The translations under genes were made by a program, and so were the position numbers. The notes beneath the pieces were generated by a model. The model was not told the origin of the DNA, did not search any database, and saw nothing but the letters and a program-made list of their open reading frames with translations. A stretch of DNA of 62,878 nt, counting the filler, from Candidatus Rokuibacteriota bacterium (GTDB taxonomy: Bacteria > JAUVQV01 > DATDCY01), in assembly GCA_031406795.1 (NCBI GenBank). It is 7 parts of 7 records of this genome, joined end to end, with 100 filler letters (N's around TTAATTAATTAA, not from the genome) between each part and the next. Parts side by side here need not be neighbours in the genome. Positions count along the whole stretch, not along the records: positions 57,039 to 62,878 come from JANOHV010000172.1; 6 more parts are not named here. One strand, written 5' to 3'. Shown piece by piece: positions 58,648 to 62,878 of this stretch (its first letter is position 1; every line of letters begins with the position of its first letter).

Positions 58648-60010
58648 TACTCATACCTCAAGGCGGGGATGGGGTCGAGGCGCGAGGCCTTCCAGGCGGG
58701 GTAGAGGGTGGCCAGCACGCTGATCGCCATGGCCGCAGCCGCGATCACGCCGACCAGCGCCGGGTCGACCTCCACCGGCAGGGTGTCGATGTAGTAGACG
58801 CTGCTCGGCAGCGGGATGAACTTGTAGCGCTCCAGCGCGAGGCAGGTGCCCCAGCCGAGAACCACCCCGAGCAGGGTGCCGACCGATCCGATCAGGAAGC
58901 CCCCGAAGACGAAGACGCGCCTGACCTGGGCCGGGGTCGCCCCCATCGACTTGAGGATGGCGATGTCCTTGCCCTTCTCGATGACTTTCATGATCAGCGA
59001 GCCGACGATACTGAACGACGCCACCAGCACGATCAGAATCAGGATGATGAACATGGCCAGCTTCTCGAGGCGGATGGCGGCGAACAGGGCGTGGTTCATC
59101 TCGCTCCAGTCGCGCACCCAGAAGGCGCCGCCGAGGCGCTCCTGGATCTGGGCGGCCATCGCGGGCGAGTGGTCGAACTCCTTGATGCGCACCCCGATCC
59201 CGGTCGCCACGTCCCCGGTGTCGAAGAGCTGCTGGGCCTCGGTCAGCGCGAGGTACGCCAGCGAGGAGTCGTACTCGTACATCCCGGACTTGAAAATGCC
59301 GACCACGGTGCAGTGGCGCACCGCCGGCGCGACGCCTCCCGGGGTCGTGCTGCCGAATGCGGAGATGACCCGCACCTCGCCGCCCAGGCCGGCGCCGAGA
59401 TTGCGGGCGAGTTCGGCGCCGAGGATCACCCCGGGCAGCCGGGCGCCCGTCGGGTCCGGGTCCAGCTGTTCGAGCTTGCCGAGCACGAGGTTGCGGGCCA
59501 GGTCGGTCACCGACCCCTCGGCGTGCGGGTCGATGCCGCGAAGCACCACCCCCTGCACCGCGCCCGGGGACCCGAGCATGGCCTGCGAGAGAATGAACGG
59601 GGAGGCGCCGGTGACGCCGGGGATGGCGCGGATCCTCTCGCTCAGCGCCCGGTAGTCGTCGATGGACCCGCCGACCTGCGGCACGACGATGATGTGCGAG
59701 TTGGTGCCGAGAATCTTGCGCTTCAGGTCGCTCTCGAAACCGGTCATCACGCCGATGACGATGATCAGCGCCATGACTCCGAGCGTCACGCCGCTGACCG
59801 AGATGTAGGTCACGGCCGAGATCAGCCGCGGAAAGCGGCGCGAGCGCAGGTAGCGGCCGCCGACGAGGACCTCGAAGGCGCGCCCCGGCGCGACGACGGG
59901 CAGCAGCCGCAGCAGCAGGGCGTACGTCAGGCTGGGCAGGAAGAGCACGAGCAGCAGTGCCGCGCCGATCCAGGGCAGCAGCAGGGGCAGCACCGTCCGC
60001 AGGTTCTCCG

Positions 60011-60014
<4 letters not shown>
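58647..60014 (-). CDS. lolE: Lipoprotein-releasing ABC permease (LolC/E)
   Basis: LGVMALIIVIGVMTGFE, SGMYEYD, IAILKSMGA and TLYPAWKA motifs. Confidence 0.88.
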
Positions 60015-61522
<1,508 letters not shown>

Positions 61523-61534
61523 GCCGCTCCTTTG

Positions 61535-62654
<1,120 letters not shown>

Positions 62655-62878
62655 TACACCGCATCCCCCGTGGGTTCCTGAAGAATTGGCATTTTACCTC
62701 AGGTGGGCCTGCGCGCGAAAGCCCTCGCGGCAGCACGCAACGATTCCGCAACAAGGAGGTCGGGCGACCGCGGCGACCGGCTCAAGTTGTTACTTCGTAT
62801 CGGATTCCGGCTGGCTCACGCAGCGGCGTGCCCTCGGGAGCATTTTCGGGAGGCTTTTTCCAGGTCCAGGCGGACTGC

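Overview
High-GC draft bacterial sequence made of seven contigs joined by artificial 100-bp N...TTAATTAATTAA...N linkers (24374-24473, 36928-37027, 47453-47552, 52349-52448, 54508-54607, 56939-57038), so adjacency across linkers means nothing. The organism is a diderm (Lol system, outer-membrane beta-barrel) with a Deltaproteobacteria/Nitrospirota-like gene order; that taxonomy is only an impression. Most of the window is housekeeping: aroF-tyrA-aroA-cmk-ispH-rpsA-sppA, fur-feoAAB, rodZ-xerD, lepB, GT4/WcaJ surface-polysaccharide genes, hrpB, radC, minor pilins, ntrYX-nrdR-glyA, tRNA-Met, and lolD-lolE-lysS-prfB with the RF2 frameshift. Four things stand out. (1) An orphan MamK-type actin is translationally coupled to a peptidoglycan amidase, next to a deacetylase, with no other magnetosome genes. 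(2) The 47.5-52.3 kb contig holds two diverged copies of the comM 3' end; one is cut at the NPCxCG motif and abuts a start-less double-HTH ORF, which suggests tandem comM-targeting islands carrying toxin-antitoxin and Fic cargo. (3) Several intergenic repeat families interact: a ~120-bp element with compensatory base changes, GTAG REP pairs enclosing local tandem amplifications, and a MITE with an 8-bp target duplication. (4) A beta-barrel / TPR-lipoprotein / NHL-propeller cluster resembles cytochrome-nanowire secretion loci. All family assignments come from motif recognition by eye; no searches were run.
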